Source: Candidatus Aminicenantes bacterium (GTDB taxonomy: Bacteria; Acidobacteriota; Aminicenantia; Aminicenantales; Aminicenantaceae). Taken from it: 64,000 bases of DNA. Positions 1 to 8,662 of this stretch are shown here, in pieces. The translations under genes and the position numbers were made by a program. The DNA lies in contig JAWODN010000076.1 of assembly GCA_046483285.1 (NCBI GenBank), positions 16,369 to 80,368 on the forward strand, written 5' to 3'. The notes under the pieces are model-generated. The model did not search any database, was not told the DNA's origin, and was given only the letters and a program-made list of their open reading frames with translations. Positions within the stretch are counted from its first letter, which is position 1. Every line of letters begins with the position of its first letter.

Positions 1-100
1 CATTCCGATGGAATCAGTTTATTTATTTAATGACAGCAACTTACAAAACCAAGGGAATTTGGCCTGACTTTTGCTTCATAAACAGCAAAAGGAGGTTCTC

Positions 101-406
101 ATGAAACATGTATGGTCCAAAGTTTTTTTGGTGGCTCTGATGGCTGTATTATCAGCCGCTCTGATGACTTCCTGGACGGCTGCAGAAGAAACTTCAACCG
201 GTAAAATCAATATCAACACCGCCGGCTCTGAAGAGCTTCAGCAGCTTCCCAGAATCGGCCCCAAAGTGGCGCAGCGAATCATCGACTACCGCGAAAAAAA
301 CGGGAAATTCAGCCGGATTGAAGATCTTATGAAAGTGCGCGGGATCGGAGAAAAAACATTTGAAAATTTGAAAGATCTTATCACGGTGGGGTCCGAATCC
401 AAGTGA
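101..406 (+). CDS. comEA: ComEA-family helix-hairpin-helix DNA-binding (competence) protein, secreted
   Basis: ORF 71..406. The likely start is ATG 101, preceded by AAGGAGG (89-95). Hydrophobic N-terminus, then 'NINTAGSEELQQLPRIGPKVAQRIIDYREKNGKFSRIEDLMKVRGIGEKTFENL', the tandem HhH ComEA signature. Confidence 0.85.
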   Translation: MKHVWSKVFLVALMAVLSAALMTSWTAAEETSTGKININTAGSEELQQLPRIGPKVAQRIIDYREKNGKFSRIEDLMKVRGIGEKTFENLKDLITVGSESK

Positions 407-438
407 AGGAAGGGGGAGGAAACCCTCCCCCTTCCTTC
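405..438. terminator. Perfect 15-bp GC-rich hairpin between convergent comEA and xer genes
   Basis: 'gaaggaagggggagg' (405-419) pairs with 'cctcccccttccttc' (424-438), loop 'aaac'. There is no U-tract on either strand, so terminator function is inferred from position only. Confidence 0.45.
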
Positions 439-456
439 CGGATTCGAGGTTTGGCC

Positions 457-1341
457 TCAGGAGCGGGGATGGCTTTTTTTGTAGACCTTCATCAGCTGTT
501 TTAAATCCAGATGGGTGTATTTCTGGGTGGTGGAAAGACTTTCATGCCCCAAAAGCTCCTGAATCACCCGCAGATCGGCTCCACGGCTGAGAAGATGGGA
601 AGCAAAGGAATGGCGCAGTGAATGAGGACTGATCTTCCGCTTCACGGCTGTCCTCTGGAGATAAAAATGAACCATCCGCTGAATGGAACGCACACTTATC
701 CTCTGCCCGCGGTGGTTTAAAAACAAAGCACCCTTGTCTATTTCCCCTTCATGTATCCGGCAGCGGACTTGAATGTACTCCCGCAGAATTTCCCCGGCTA
801 TTTTTCCAAAAGGAACAAGCCTTTCTTTTTTCCCTTTCCCCTTCACTCTTATCAACCGCTCCCCGGTGTGAATATCATCCAGATTCATTCCTGCCAGTTC
901 GCTCACCCTCACTCCGGTGGCATACAGAAGCTCCATAATAGCCCGGTCCCGCACCCGCAAGGGATCCTTTCCGGCCGGGATGTCCAAAAAAACAACCGTT
1001 TCTTCTTCGGACAAAAATGAAGGGACATTTTTTTCCTGCTTTGGAGTGCTGACCGCTTTGGCCGGATTTTCATCCACCCATTTTTTTTGAAGACTGAACT
1101 GATAAAATGACCTGACTGCAGCCAGTTTCCGCGCAATGGTGGATTTCTTCAGGCGTTTCTGATAAAGCACCGCCAAAAATCCCCGAATGATGACATTATC
1201 GGCAGAATCATAAAAAAGATTCCGCTGCCGAAGGTAGGCCGAAAACTGAACAAGGTCCCTCCGGTAGTTTACCAGGGTGTGAAGGGAAGCGTTTTTTTCA
1301 TAGCGGAGATAATCCAGGAAAGAATTCAATTGTTTTTCCAC
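457..1341 (-). CDS. Tyrosine site-specific recombinase, XerC/XerD family
   Basis: 294 aa. C-terminal 'HSLRHSFASHLLSRGADLRVIQELLGHESLSTTQKYTH' holds the R..HxxR..Y catalytic motifs. The N-terminal SAM-like domain matches Xer recombinases. Confidence 0.85.
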   Translation of the reverse strand: MEKQLNSFLDYLRYEKNASLHTLVNYRRDLVQFSAYLRQRNLFYDSADNVIIRGFLAVLYQKRLKKSTIARKLAAVRSFYQFSLQKKWVDENPAKAVSTPKQEKNVPSFLSEEETVVFLDIPAGKDPLRVRDRAIMELLYATGVRVSELAGMNLDDIHTGERLIRVKGKGKKERLVPFGKIAGEILREYIQVRCRIHEGEIDKGALFLNHRGQRISVRSIQRMVHFYLQRTAVKRKISPHSLRHSFASHLLSRGADLRVIQELLGHESLSTTQKYTHLDLKQLMKVYKKSHPRS

Positions 1342-1357
1342 AGCTTACCTCCCCAAA

Positions 1358-3634
1358 CTATCCGGATTGCCCCCCGGACCCAGAGTTTTTTTTGCCTTCC
1401 GGCCCGGTTTTAGAATCTTCTTTTTCCAGGGTTTGCCGGAAAGAACATTCATCATTGCTGCAGTAGAGAAAAGAAGCTTTTCCCGCCGGGCTTTTTTTCA
1501 ACAAAAAATGTCTTCCGCATTCAGGGCAGGCTCTGGCAACCGGTTCGTCCCAGGATGCGAATTTGCATTTGGGATAACGGCTGCATCCGGTGAAAACTTT
1601 TCCTCTTCTGGTTTTCCTCTTGACTAATGTGCCTTCGCAGTCCGGACATTTGATTCCGGTTTCCTTGGTTTCTTTTTTGATATATTTGCATTGAGGATAA
1701 TTGGAACAGGCCGCAAAGCTGCCATAACGGCCTTTCCGCATAACCAGCTGTGATCCGCATTTGGGACAGCTTTCATCCAAGGGTTTAACTTCTTTTTTCT
1801 CCAGACTTTCCTTATAATCGCATTCCGGATATCCCCGGCAGGCTTTAAATTTCCCGTATCGTCCGGATTTGACCACCAGGGCCTTCCCGCACTTGGGGCA
1901 TTTTTCTTCAGTGGGAATGCCTTGCTTTCTTACCCCCTCTTTTTTTTCAGCCTCTTTTAGATCTTGATCCAGCAAAGCATTATATGATCTTAAATATTCT
2001 TGCCAGTCTGCTTTGCCTTCGCTGATCCGGTCAAGATTTTCTTCCAATTCGGCGGTAAATTTGACCTGGAGCAAATCCGGAAAATTTTCAACCAGATAGC
2101 CGTTGACGTATAATCCCACTTCGGTGGGGATAAAACGTCCTTTCTCACGCAAGACATACTCCCGGTCTTGGAGAGTGGCGATAATGGGAGCATACGTGCT
2201 GGGACGGCCGATCCCTTTGGACTCCAGCTCTTTCACCAGGCTTCCTTCGGTATAGCGGGGCGGCGGCTGGGTGAAATTTTGTTTGGTTTCCAATTCTTCC
2301 AGTTTGAGTTTTTCTCCTTTTTCTGCCGGGGGTAATATTTTATCCTTCTCATCCGAAGCCGGTGTCGAGCCTGAGTAAACAGCAAGAAAACCCGGGAATT
2401 TGATGACTTCTCCTTTCGCTGAGAACTGAAAATCGCCGGCCCGTATATCGAACTCAGTGACTTCTATCCGGGCCGGGCTCATCTGAGAAGCCATAAACCT
2501 GTTCCAAATCAGAGTGTAAATCCTGAAAAGATCCCGGCTGAGAAACGATTTGATTTTTTGGGGAGACAAATCCATGGATGTGGGCCTGATGGCTTCATGG
2601 GCATCCTGAGTTTTCTTCTTGCTTCTGTAACTGGGGGGGGATTTCGGTATATAATCCTTTCCATACCGGGAAGCGATATGATTCCGGGCGTTTTTTGCGG
2701 CTTCGCCGGATACCCGGAACGAATCGGTTCTCATGTAAGTGATTAGCCCGACTAAACCCCGGTCTCCGATTTCAAGCCCTTCATATAATTTTTGAGCAAG
2801 AGTCATGGTCTTTTTGACCGAAAACCGGTTCAATCGAAAGCTGTCCTGCTGAAGAGAGCTGGTGATGTGGGGAGGAGGAGGATTTCTTTTTTTCTGTTTG
2901 ACCTTTAAATCGTGAAGGATAAAATCGGATTTTTTCAATTCGCTTTCGATCTTCCGTGCTGTTTTTTCATCCCCCATCTTTATCTTTTTGCCGCTTTCTT
3001 TTTCCAGCTTGGCGGTAAACGAAGGCGGCCGGGAAGCATGAAGCAAGGCGGCGATGGTCCAGTATTCTTGGCTTTTAAAATCCCGTATTTCCTTTTCCCG
3101 CTCACAGATCAAACGCAGCACCACGGACTGAACCCGTCCGGCACTTAATCCCCGTCCGATCTTTTTCCAGAGTAAGGGACTTATCCGGTAACCCACTAAC
3201 CGGTCCAGAATTCTTCTGGCCTGCTGAGCGTTGATTTTGTCTTCATCCAAACCATGCTTATGCTTGAACGCCGATTGAACCGCATCTTTAGTGATTTCAT
3301 GAAAAAGAATCCGTTGTATATTGGAATTATAGTCTTTTAAAATTTCAGACAAGTGCCAGCAAATAGCCTCTCCTTCCCTGTCAGGATCAGCAGCCAGTAA
3401 AACAGAGTCGCTTTTCCGGGCCTCTTTCTGAAGCCCGGACACCAATTCTTTTCTTTTGGGAAGAATTTTGTACCGGGGGTGAAATCCATCGTTTATATCA
3501 ACCCCCAGCGTTGATTTCGGCAAATCCCTGATATGGCCCATGGAGGCTCTGACCTCAAAATCAGGCCCCAAATACCTGTTTACCGTTTTTGCTTTTGCTG
3601 GAGATTCCACCACCACTAAGTTCTTTGCCATCAT
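1358..3634 (-). CDS. topA: DNA topoisomerase I
   Basis: 758 aa. N-terminal Toprim 'LVVVESPAKAKT'. Four C-terminal C4 zinc ribbons of the type 'CPKCGKALVVKSGRYGKFKACRGYPEC'. Confidence 0.95.
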   Translation of the reverse strand: MMAKNLVVVESPAKAKTVNRYLGPDFEVRASMGHIRDLPKSTLGVDINDGFHPRYKILPKRKELVSGLQKEARKSDSVLLAADPDREGEAICWHLSEILKDYNSNIQRILFHEITKDAVQSAFKHKHGLDEDKINAQQARRILDRLVGYRISPLLWKKIGRGLSAGRVQSVVLRLICEREKEIRDFKSQEYWTIAALLHASRPPSFTAKLEKESGKKIKMGDEKTARKIESELKKSDFILHDLKVKQKKRNPPPPHITSSLQQDSFRLNRFSVKKTMTLAQKLYEGLEIGDRGLVGLITYMRTDSFRVSGEAAKNARNHIASRYGKDYIPKSPPSYRSKKKTQDAHEAIRPTSMDLSPQKIKSFLSRDLFRIYTLIWNRFMASQMSPARIEVTEFDIRAGDFQFSAKGEVIKFPGFLAVYSGSTPASDEKDKILPPAEKGEKLKLEELETKQNFTQPPPRYTEGSLVKELESKGIGRPSTYAPIIATLQDREYVLREKGRFIPTEVGLYVNGYLVENFPDLLQVKFTAELEENLDRISEGKADWQEYLRSYNALLDQDLKEAEKKEGVRKQGIPTEEKCPKCGKALVVKSGRYGKFKACRGYPECDYKESLEKKEVKPLDESCPKCGSQLVMRKGRYGSFAACSNYPQCKYIKKETKETGIKCPDCEGTLVKRKTRRGKVFTGCSRYPKCKFASWDEPVARACPECGRHFLLKKSPAGKASFLYCSNDECSFRQTLEKEDSKTGPEGKKNSGSGGQSG

Positions 3635-4746
3635 GCGTTCCTTTGAAAATATTTTCCCGGATATTGACTGACTATCCCCCGCAGCTCCAGGCTTAAAAGC
3701 AAAGAAAGCAGCTTGGATGATTCCATGCTGGTTTTAGCCGCAATCTCATCAATATGGGTGACATCATCCAAAGCGAGCGCGCTTAAAAGAGCCTGTTCAT
3801 CCGGACTCAAAGAAGGGATGCCCTGGCCGGAGCGGGGTTTATACCGAAACACTTTTTTCTTCACCTCGGGGGGGAGCTCTTCAGCAACATCTTCCCAATC
3901 CGAAACCAGCTTGGCCCCGTTTTTGATGAGCCAGTTGCTGCCCCAGCTGTTCGCGGAAGTGATGTTGCCGGGAACCGCCATGACTTCCCGGTTTTGTTCA
4001 AGAGCCAGACGGGCCGAAATCAAGGAGCCGCTTTTTTGGGCCGCTTCAATCACCACCACAGCCAATGACAAACCGCTGATCAGACGATTCCGCAGGGGGA
4101 AATGAAATCCCAGAGGAGCCGCATGAAAGGAAAATTCTGTGATCACGGCTCCATCTTCCTTTATTTTATTGAACAATTTCATATTCTCACGCGGGTAAAT
4201 GTTTCCCAACCCGGATCCCAACACAGCCACAGTGCGGCCTTTTTCCAATGCGCCCCAATGCGCCAGAGAATCAATGCCCCGGGCCATCCCGCTTACGATC
4301 ACCAGGCCCTTCTCCGCCAGATCCCGGGCCAGTTTTTTCACCACACCCCGCCCGTAAGGAGACGGTTTCCTCGATCCGACTAAAGAGACGGATGGCTCCT
4401 CCAGCACATGTCTTCTCCCGGCTCCGTAAAGAACACAGGGAGGGTCGTAAATCTCCCTCAAATATGCCGGATAATCAGAATCCGCAATAGTTAATATGAA
4501 ATAATCATTTGCGAGCGCACTGTCAAGTTCTTTTTTCGCTTTTTCAAGATTACCCGGAGAGCGAAGCTCTAAAACGGACTCTTCCTCAAGTCCCCATCCG
4601 CTGATTTGCTTGACCGGCAGATCAAACAGCTCTTCGATTCGATCGATATTATTAATGACCCGGCGGCTTGACACCAAGTCATCCGCAAATATGCGGTTGA
4701 AGGCTATCCAATGGATTAAGCTTTCCCGTTGCGTCACTCTTTGCAA
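3631..4746 (-). CDS. dprA: DNA-processing protein DprA (Smf)
   Basis: 371 aa. Contains 'VSGMARGIDSLAHWGALEKGRTVAVLGSGL..YPREN' and a C-terminal winged helix. Overlaps the topA start by 4 nt. Confidence 0.9.
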   Translation of the reverse strand: MQRVTQRESLIHWIAFNRIFADDLVSSRRVINNIDRIEELFDLPVKQISGWGLEEESVLELRSPGNLEKAKKELDSALANDYFILTIADSDYPAYLREIYDPPCVLYGAGRRHVLEEPSVSLVGSRKPSPYGRGVVKKLARDLAEKGLVIVSGMARGIDSLAHWGALEKGRTVAVLGSGLGNIYPRENMKLFNKIKEDGAVITEFSFHAAPLGFHFPLRNRLISGLSLAVVVIEAAQKSGSLISARLALEQNREVMAVPGNITSANSWGSNWLIKNGAKLVSDWEDVAEELPPEVKKKVFRYKPRSGQGIPSLSPDEQALLSALALDDVTHIDEIAAKTSMESSKLLSLLLSLELRGIVSQYPGKYFQRNA

Positions 4747-5606
4747 AAGCGGGAAGGAATGGCGAATACCGGAAATTGGCTAAGGGAAATGACCTTTTCC
4801 GTGGTGCTTCCCAGAAAAAACCGCTCCAGTTTTCTAGGTCCGCAGGTTGAAATCACCACCAGATCAAAGCTGTGACGTTGAACATAATCCACAATTCCGT
4901 CCGCAGCGGTTATGGACCTGGTCACATATTCGGAAACCCGCACCTTTTCCTTCCTGTCCTTTCTTTTTTTAAGCTTCTCCTGCAGCGATGCCATCATTTT
5001 CTCCAAAGTGTCTTCAGAAAACTGATAATCGTGCAGTTCCATGACATGCAGCAGATTCAATTCCGCTCCCAATCCTTCTGCAAGTTCGAAGGCGTAATCC
5101 CTTTCCACCTCTTCATGCTCCGAGAAATCCGTGGGAACCAGAATCTTCTTTATGTCGTGCTTCGGGGATTTTTTCTTGGTGATCAGCATGGGAACCGGAG
5201 AGCTTCTGAGAACCCTGGTGGTGACGCTGCCGATAAATAATTTTTCCAAGGCGGACATTCCATGTTTCCCCAAAACGATCAAATCAACATTTTCTTCTTC
5301 CGCGGTTTCAACAATTTTTTCATAGGGCTTGCCTTCTTTAACTATAGACGTAAAAGACAGATTTTTTTTCTCTCTTATTTTCTCAAATTCTTGTTCAGCG
5401 GTCTGTTTGATTTCGCCCACCCTGCGGACCAGATCTCCTTTCACGGACATGGCCGTATTATACAGAGCCTGAGAAAAATCCGGCACCACATGCAAGGCCA
5501 GTAAATCCGCATTAAAAGCACGGGCAAACATATCCGCGTAATACAGGGCTTCCCCGGCTTCTTCCGAAAAATCTGTCGCCCATAAAATCTTTTTAAGAAA
5601 AGGCAT
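4734..5606 (-). CDS. Universal stress protein, tandem UspA domains
   Basis: ORF 4734..5621. The second ATG (5606) is preceded by GGAGGAG. Two Usp repeats, 'ILWATDFSEEA..' and 'ILVPTDFSEHE..', each ending in 'GS(V/T)T..V'. Confidence 0.8.
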   Translation of the reverse strand: MPFLKKILWATDFSEEAGEALYYADMFARAFNADLLALHVVPDFSQALYNTAMSVKGDLVRRVGEIKQTAEQEFEKIREKKNLSFTSIVKEGKPYEKIVETAEEENVDLIVLGKHGMSALEKLFIGSVTTRVLRSSPVPMLITKKKSPKHDIKKILVPTDFSEHEEVERDYAFELAEGLGAELNLLHVMELHDYQFSEDTLEKMMASLQEKLKKRKDRKEKVRVSEYVTRSITAADGIVDYVQRHSFDLVVISTCGPRKLERFFLGSTTEKVISLSQFPVFAIPSRFCKE

Positions 5607-5629
5607 TTCTTTCTCCTCCATGTTTCAGT

Positions 5630-5770
5630 CTGACCTATACATAAAAAAATGGCGATGGTCTTGTCAATCTTTTGTTAACCGCGATATTCATCCTTTCTAT
5701 AATAAACACAAGCGTCACGTCTTTCTTTGCTGGTATTTCACTTATAATCGCCATTTTTTTACCCTTCGGG
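5630..5770 (+). repeat. Repeat family A, copy A4 (diverged interior)
   Basis: Left end 'ctgacctatacat-aaaaaaatggcgat' (arm 5643-5656). Right end 'atcgccattttttt-acccttcggg' (arm 5746-5759). The arms are perfect reverse complements with starts 103 bp apart. Confidence 0.7.
5638..5667 (-). promoter_or_regulatory. Predicted sigma70-type promoter inside repeat A4, firing into usp
   Basis: On the minus strand: TTGACA (5667-5662), 18 nt, TATGTA (5643-5638). The usp SD/ATG lies about 25-30 nt downstream. Confidence 0.45.
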
Positions 5771-5780
5771 AGACATGCCA

Positions 5781-5883
5781 CTTTGTCATGGCGAGGCTTG
5801 CGCCAGCAAGCCGTGGCAATCCCTTTCTGCCGCTTTGTCATGGCGAGCGGCCGAAGGCCGCGTGGCCATCCCTTTCTGCCTCG
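5781..5883 (+). repeat. Two tandem 51-52-nt REP-like hairpin units
   Basis: Unit 1 (5781-5832) is 'ctttgtcatggcgag-ggcttgcgccagcaagcc-gtggcaatccctttctgcc'. Unit 2 (5833-5883) is 'ctttgtcatggcgag-cggccgaaggccg-cgtggccatccctttctgcc'. Flanks are conserved, and the internal hairpin differs in sequence but stays a hairpin. Confidence 0.8.
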
Positions 5884-5920
5884 TGAAAGCGGAACCCACC
5901 GCCCAGACGAGGCAGTCAGG

Positions 5921-6000
5921 GATCCCTCGGTGCTTCGCACCGCGGGATGACAATGAATTATCGAATTGTCGTCATCTGCGGCAATCCCGGCCCGTGAATA
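5921..6000. repeat. GC-rich module E/B ('gatccctcg..gggatgac', hairpin, 'ctgcggcaatcccggcccgtgaata')
   Basis: Near-identical module order recurs at 32603-32672 and 57516-57594. The tail also recurs at 20905-20935. Confidence 0.7.
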
Positions 6001-6128
6001 AGCCAGGATTGAAGGCTAAATCTTCAAGGTCGCTTCAGCCACACCTGAATTCCATAAAGCCGTATTAACCTCATTCCGCTAATTAATCATAGCTCAAGTG
6101 AAATCCATATTCAAAGTCCTCGCCAGTC

Positions 6129-6285
6129 GCGGCACGGCTGGGAGGGGGCCCCCGCCCGCAGGCAGCGAGGACGGGGGAGGAAGCCGTGCCCGCTCAGCCT
6201 TCATATGGGCCGGCTTATCCATCATCCCGCCCCCATGGCCGCAGTTCAAAAGTGACACTCATCGTTTGTGTTGTATTATACACAT
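6129..6285. repeat. GC-rich module D plus flank F
   Basis: 'ccgtgcccgctcagccttcatatgggccggcttatccatcatcccgcccccatggcc' is the reverse complement of 21140-21195. The following 'gcagttcaaaagt..tcatcgtttgtgttgtattatac' matches 21294-21335 in direct orientation. Confidence 0.7.
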
Positions 6286-6698
6286 GATGAACTCATAAAA
6301 AAATGGGACTCGCGGGCCGCTCATCATTCAAGTTAGAAAATGACAAGTCATTGTCATCCTGAGGAGCGCAGCAACGTAAGGATCTTGTGCTGCTTCGCCG
6401 GATCGAGAATGTCAGTGTCTTCATATAAGAACCGTCACCTCCCTGGTAACAATGGCACAGCAAGCCGGCTAAAAAGACCGAATAGACTGAGAAGACTTAG
6501 ATAGACCCAGATGGACCAGATAGACTAAACAAACGCAACAAACGCAATGAACGCAATAAACGCGACCGCAGCGGGCATAGCGAGGCACTCTAAGACTCCC
6601 GTCGCTCCGCTCCGGGAATGACATGGGGATCATTGTCATCATTCGTGGTGTGCTTACACACATGATGAATTCATAAAAAAAATGAGGTTTGTCATCCG
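6286..6698. repeat. Rest of the gene-free mosaic spacer, made of short modules
   Basis: 'catgatgaa(c/t)tcataaaaaaa' occurs at 6283-6303 and 6661-6682. 'gtcatcctgaggagcgcagcaacgtaaggatc' is at 6353-6385 and its inverted relative at 6594-6622. An inverted, degenerate C-like 'gtctatctgg' stretch is at 6478-6535. Confidence 0.5.
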
Positions 6699-8009
6699 TC
6701 ATCCCGTGAAAAGAATGGTTCCGGACGAGGTGAAAACCCCGGCAACCGCCCCGGTAACCAAGCAGGCTAAGGTCGCGGCCAGAAGCGCACGCAGCCCCAG
6801 GCGGGAAAGGTCGCGGGTTCTTTCCGGAGCCAACGCTCCCACTCCTCCTATAAAAATAGCCAGGGAGGCGACATGAGCGAACCCGCACAAGGCATAGGAA
6901 GCGATGACAGCCGAGCGGGGATGCTCCAGCTCTCCTGCCGCCAAATAATCCGCCAGATGCTGATAGGCGACCACTTCAGTCGCCACCGTGCGCTCTCCCA
7001 GCAACCGGGCGATTTCAAGGGCGTCCGAAGGAGGGACCCCCAGTATCAGGGCAAAGGGATAAAAGACATATCCCAATATAGCCTGGATAGACCAGGAGAA
7101 GCGGATCCCCAAAATCTGATTCAAATATCCGCCCATCCATCCCAAAATTAAATCCAGCAAAGCCAAAAGCCCTAAAAAGGCGATAAGAAGGGAGATAATC
7201 CCACCCAAAAGCCGAAGTCCGCTGTTCGCTCCGCTTATTATGGCGGCGATAAGGTTGTCCTCTCTCTCATAGTGAGGCTTGACATCCAATCCCAGGGTTT
7301 TGGGGGTCCCGCTTTCCGGGACGATAAGCTTGGACATCATGACCGCGGCGGGAGCGGAAAGCAGGGAAGCGGACACCAAATGGCCGGCTATGGTGGGAAG
7401 CTGCCCCTGCAGCTGCATGACATATAAGGCCAGCACGGTTGAAGCGATCGTCCCCATTCCCGCGGCCAGCACAGTGGTCAATTCAGACCGGGTCATGTGC
7501 TTGAGATGAGGTTTTACCACCAGAGCGGATTCCACGCCTACGAATATATTGCTGGAGGCGCTGAGCGATTCCGCTCCGCTGATGCGCATCAATCGGGTGA
7601 ACACATATGAAAATCCGCGGATGATTCGCGGCATGATTTTCAAATGATACAATGCCGACACCAGGGCGGCAAAAAAAATGACCGTCGGCAGCGCTTGAAA
7701 CGCTAAAAAATAACCCAAGGACGTTTCTCCGGCTTCATTGGTGGTGCCGGGAGGAAGCGCCAAGCGCCCAAATATAAACTTCGTTCCGGCCGTGGCGCTG
7801 TCCAGGACCTGGACCACCATCCGGTTGACAAACAAAAAAAACTTGGCTCCAGCCGGGATAATGAAAATGAAAAGCGCTAAGGCAAGCTGCAGCGTGATTC
7901 CCCAGAAAACGACCCGCCAATTGACATTTTTCCGGTCAGAGGAACACAGCCAGGCGAAGCCGGCGATAACCAAGATTCCCAAAAAGCTGATAACATTGTA
8001 AATGCTCAC
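6699..8009 (-). CDS. nupC: NupC/CNT-family nucleoside permease
   Basis: 436 aa polytopic membrane protein. The N-terminus 'FLGILVIAGFAWLCSSDRKNVNWRVVFWGITLQLALALFIF' and overall layout match concentrative nucleoside transporters. Confidence 0.8.
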   Translation of the reverse strand: MSIYNVISFLGILVIAGFAWLCSSDRKNVNWRVVFWGITLQLALALFIFIIPAGAKFFLFVNRMVVQVLDSATAGTKFIFGRLALPPGTTNEAGETSLGYFLAFQALPTVIFFAALVSALYHLKIMPRIIRGFSYVFTRLMRISGAESLSASSNIFVGVESALVVKPHLKHMTRSELTTVLAAGMGTIASTVLALYVMQLQGQLPTIAGHLVSASLLSAPAAVMMSKLIVPESGTPKTLGLDVKPHYEREDNLIAAIISGANSGLRLLGGIISLLIAFLGLLALLDLILGWMGGYLNQILGIRFSWSIQAILGYVFYPFALILGVPPSDALEIARLLGERTVATEVVAYQHLADYLAAGELEHPRSAVIASYALCGFAHVASLAIFIGGVGALAPERTRDLSRLGLRALLAATLACLVTGAVAGVFTSSGTILFTG

Positions 8010-8257
8010 GAGATATCCTTTATCGTCCGGCGGATTCCATCCGGAATCTCAATCTGCTTTTGGTTCGATTTGTGTCCCCGCACAATCCTGATCCAGGAAG
8101 ACGGGCATTGAAAATAATCCGCCATAGCGTTGATCACATCCTGATTGGCTTTTCCCTTTTCCGGCGGAGAGGAAACTTTAACCTTGTACGCTCCGGGACC
8201 GGTTTTTTCTATCCCGGGCTTCCGGGCGCGGGTCTGAACCTTGACCTGTATACGCAT
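8006..8257 (-). CDS. yggU: DUF167 / YggU-family protein
   Basis: 83 aa with 'RIQVKVQTRARKPGIEKTG..YKVKVSSPPEKGKANQDVINAMADYF'. Sits next to yggT, as in many bacteria. Confidence 0.8.
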   Translation of the reverse strand: MRIQVKVQTRARKPGIEKTGPGAYKVKVSSPPEKGKANQDVINAMADYFQCPSSWIRIVRGHKSNQKQIEIPDGIRRTIKDIS

Positions 8258-8329
8258 TCGATGTCTCAGCTAAATTCGCGGTGTGCTGGCGATGACCGGC
8301 AGCCGCTTGGGGCCCGCTCACTATCAAAC

Positions 8330-8656
8330 TCAGAAAGAATAGGCGCCGTGCTGGTGCAGAATCTGCTGGGCATAGAGAGACATGGACTTCACCAGAAATG
8401 AATCGATAAACAGAATCAAAATGAACGCTAAAATAGGCGTTATATCCAGTCCCCCGAATTTATAAGGCGGCACCAGCCTTCTCAGCGGAGCCAGCACCGG
8501 CTCAGTCAGGTGGAAAAGAACCACCTTCACCTGGTAAAGAGAAGGGACATGAATCCAGGAAAGGACGGCCCGGATCACCAGGATCCAGATATATATCATC
8601 AAAATGACATGCAGAATCGAAGCCACCGCGTATAAAAAGTTAGCCAATAGTATCAT
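8330..8656 (-). CDS. yggT: YggT-family membrane protein
   Basis: 108 aa, hydrophobic, 'IRAVLSWI......VLFHLTEPVLAPLRRLVP..GGLDITPILAFI'. Confidence 0.8.
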   Translation of the reverse strand: MILLANFLYAVASILHVILMIYIWILVIRAVLSWIHVPSLYQVKVVLFHLTEPVLAPLRRLVPPYKFGGLDITPILAFILILFIDSFLVKSMSLYAQQILHQHGAYSF

Positions 8657-8662
8657 AATGAT

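Noticed and set aside
5622-6698. A CRISPR array as an explanation for the repeated spacers.
   Set aside because: There is no regularly spaced identical short repeat. The modules are heterogeneous in length and orientation, and no cas genes are present.
5620-6888. ORF-track ORFs of 64-139 aa inside the 5.6-6.9 kb spacer, and similar ones at 20821-21460.
   Set aside because: They are Arg/Pro/Gly/Ala-rich read-throughs of the repeat modules and overlap each other in several frames. They change frame between repeat copies and lack start contexts.
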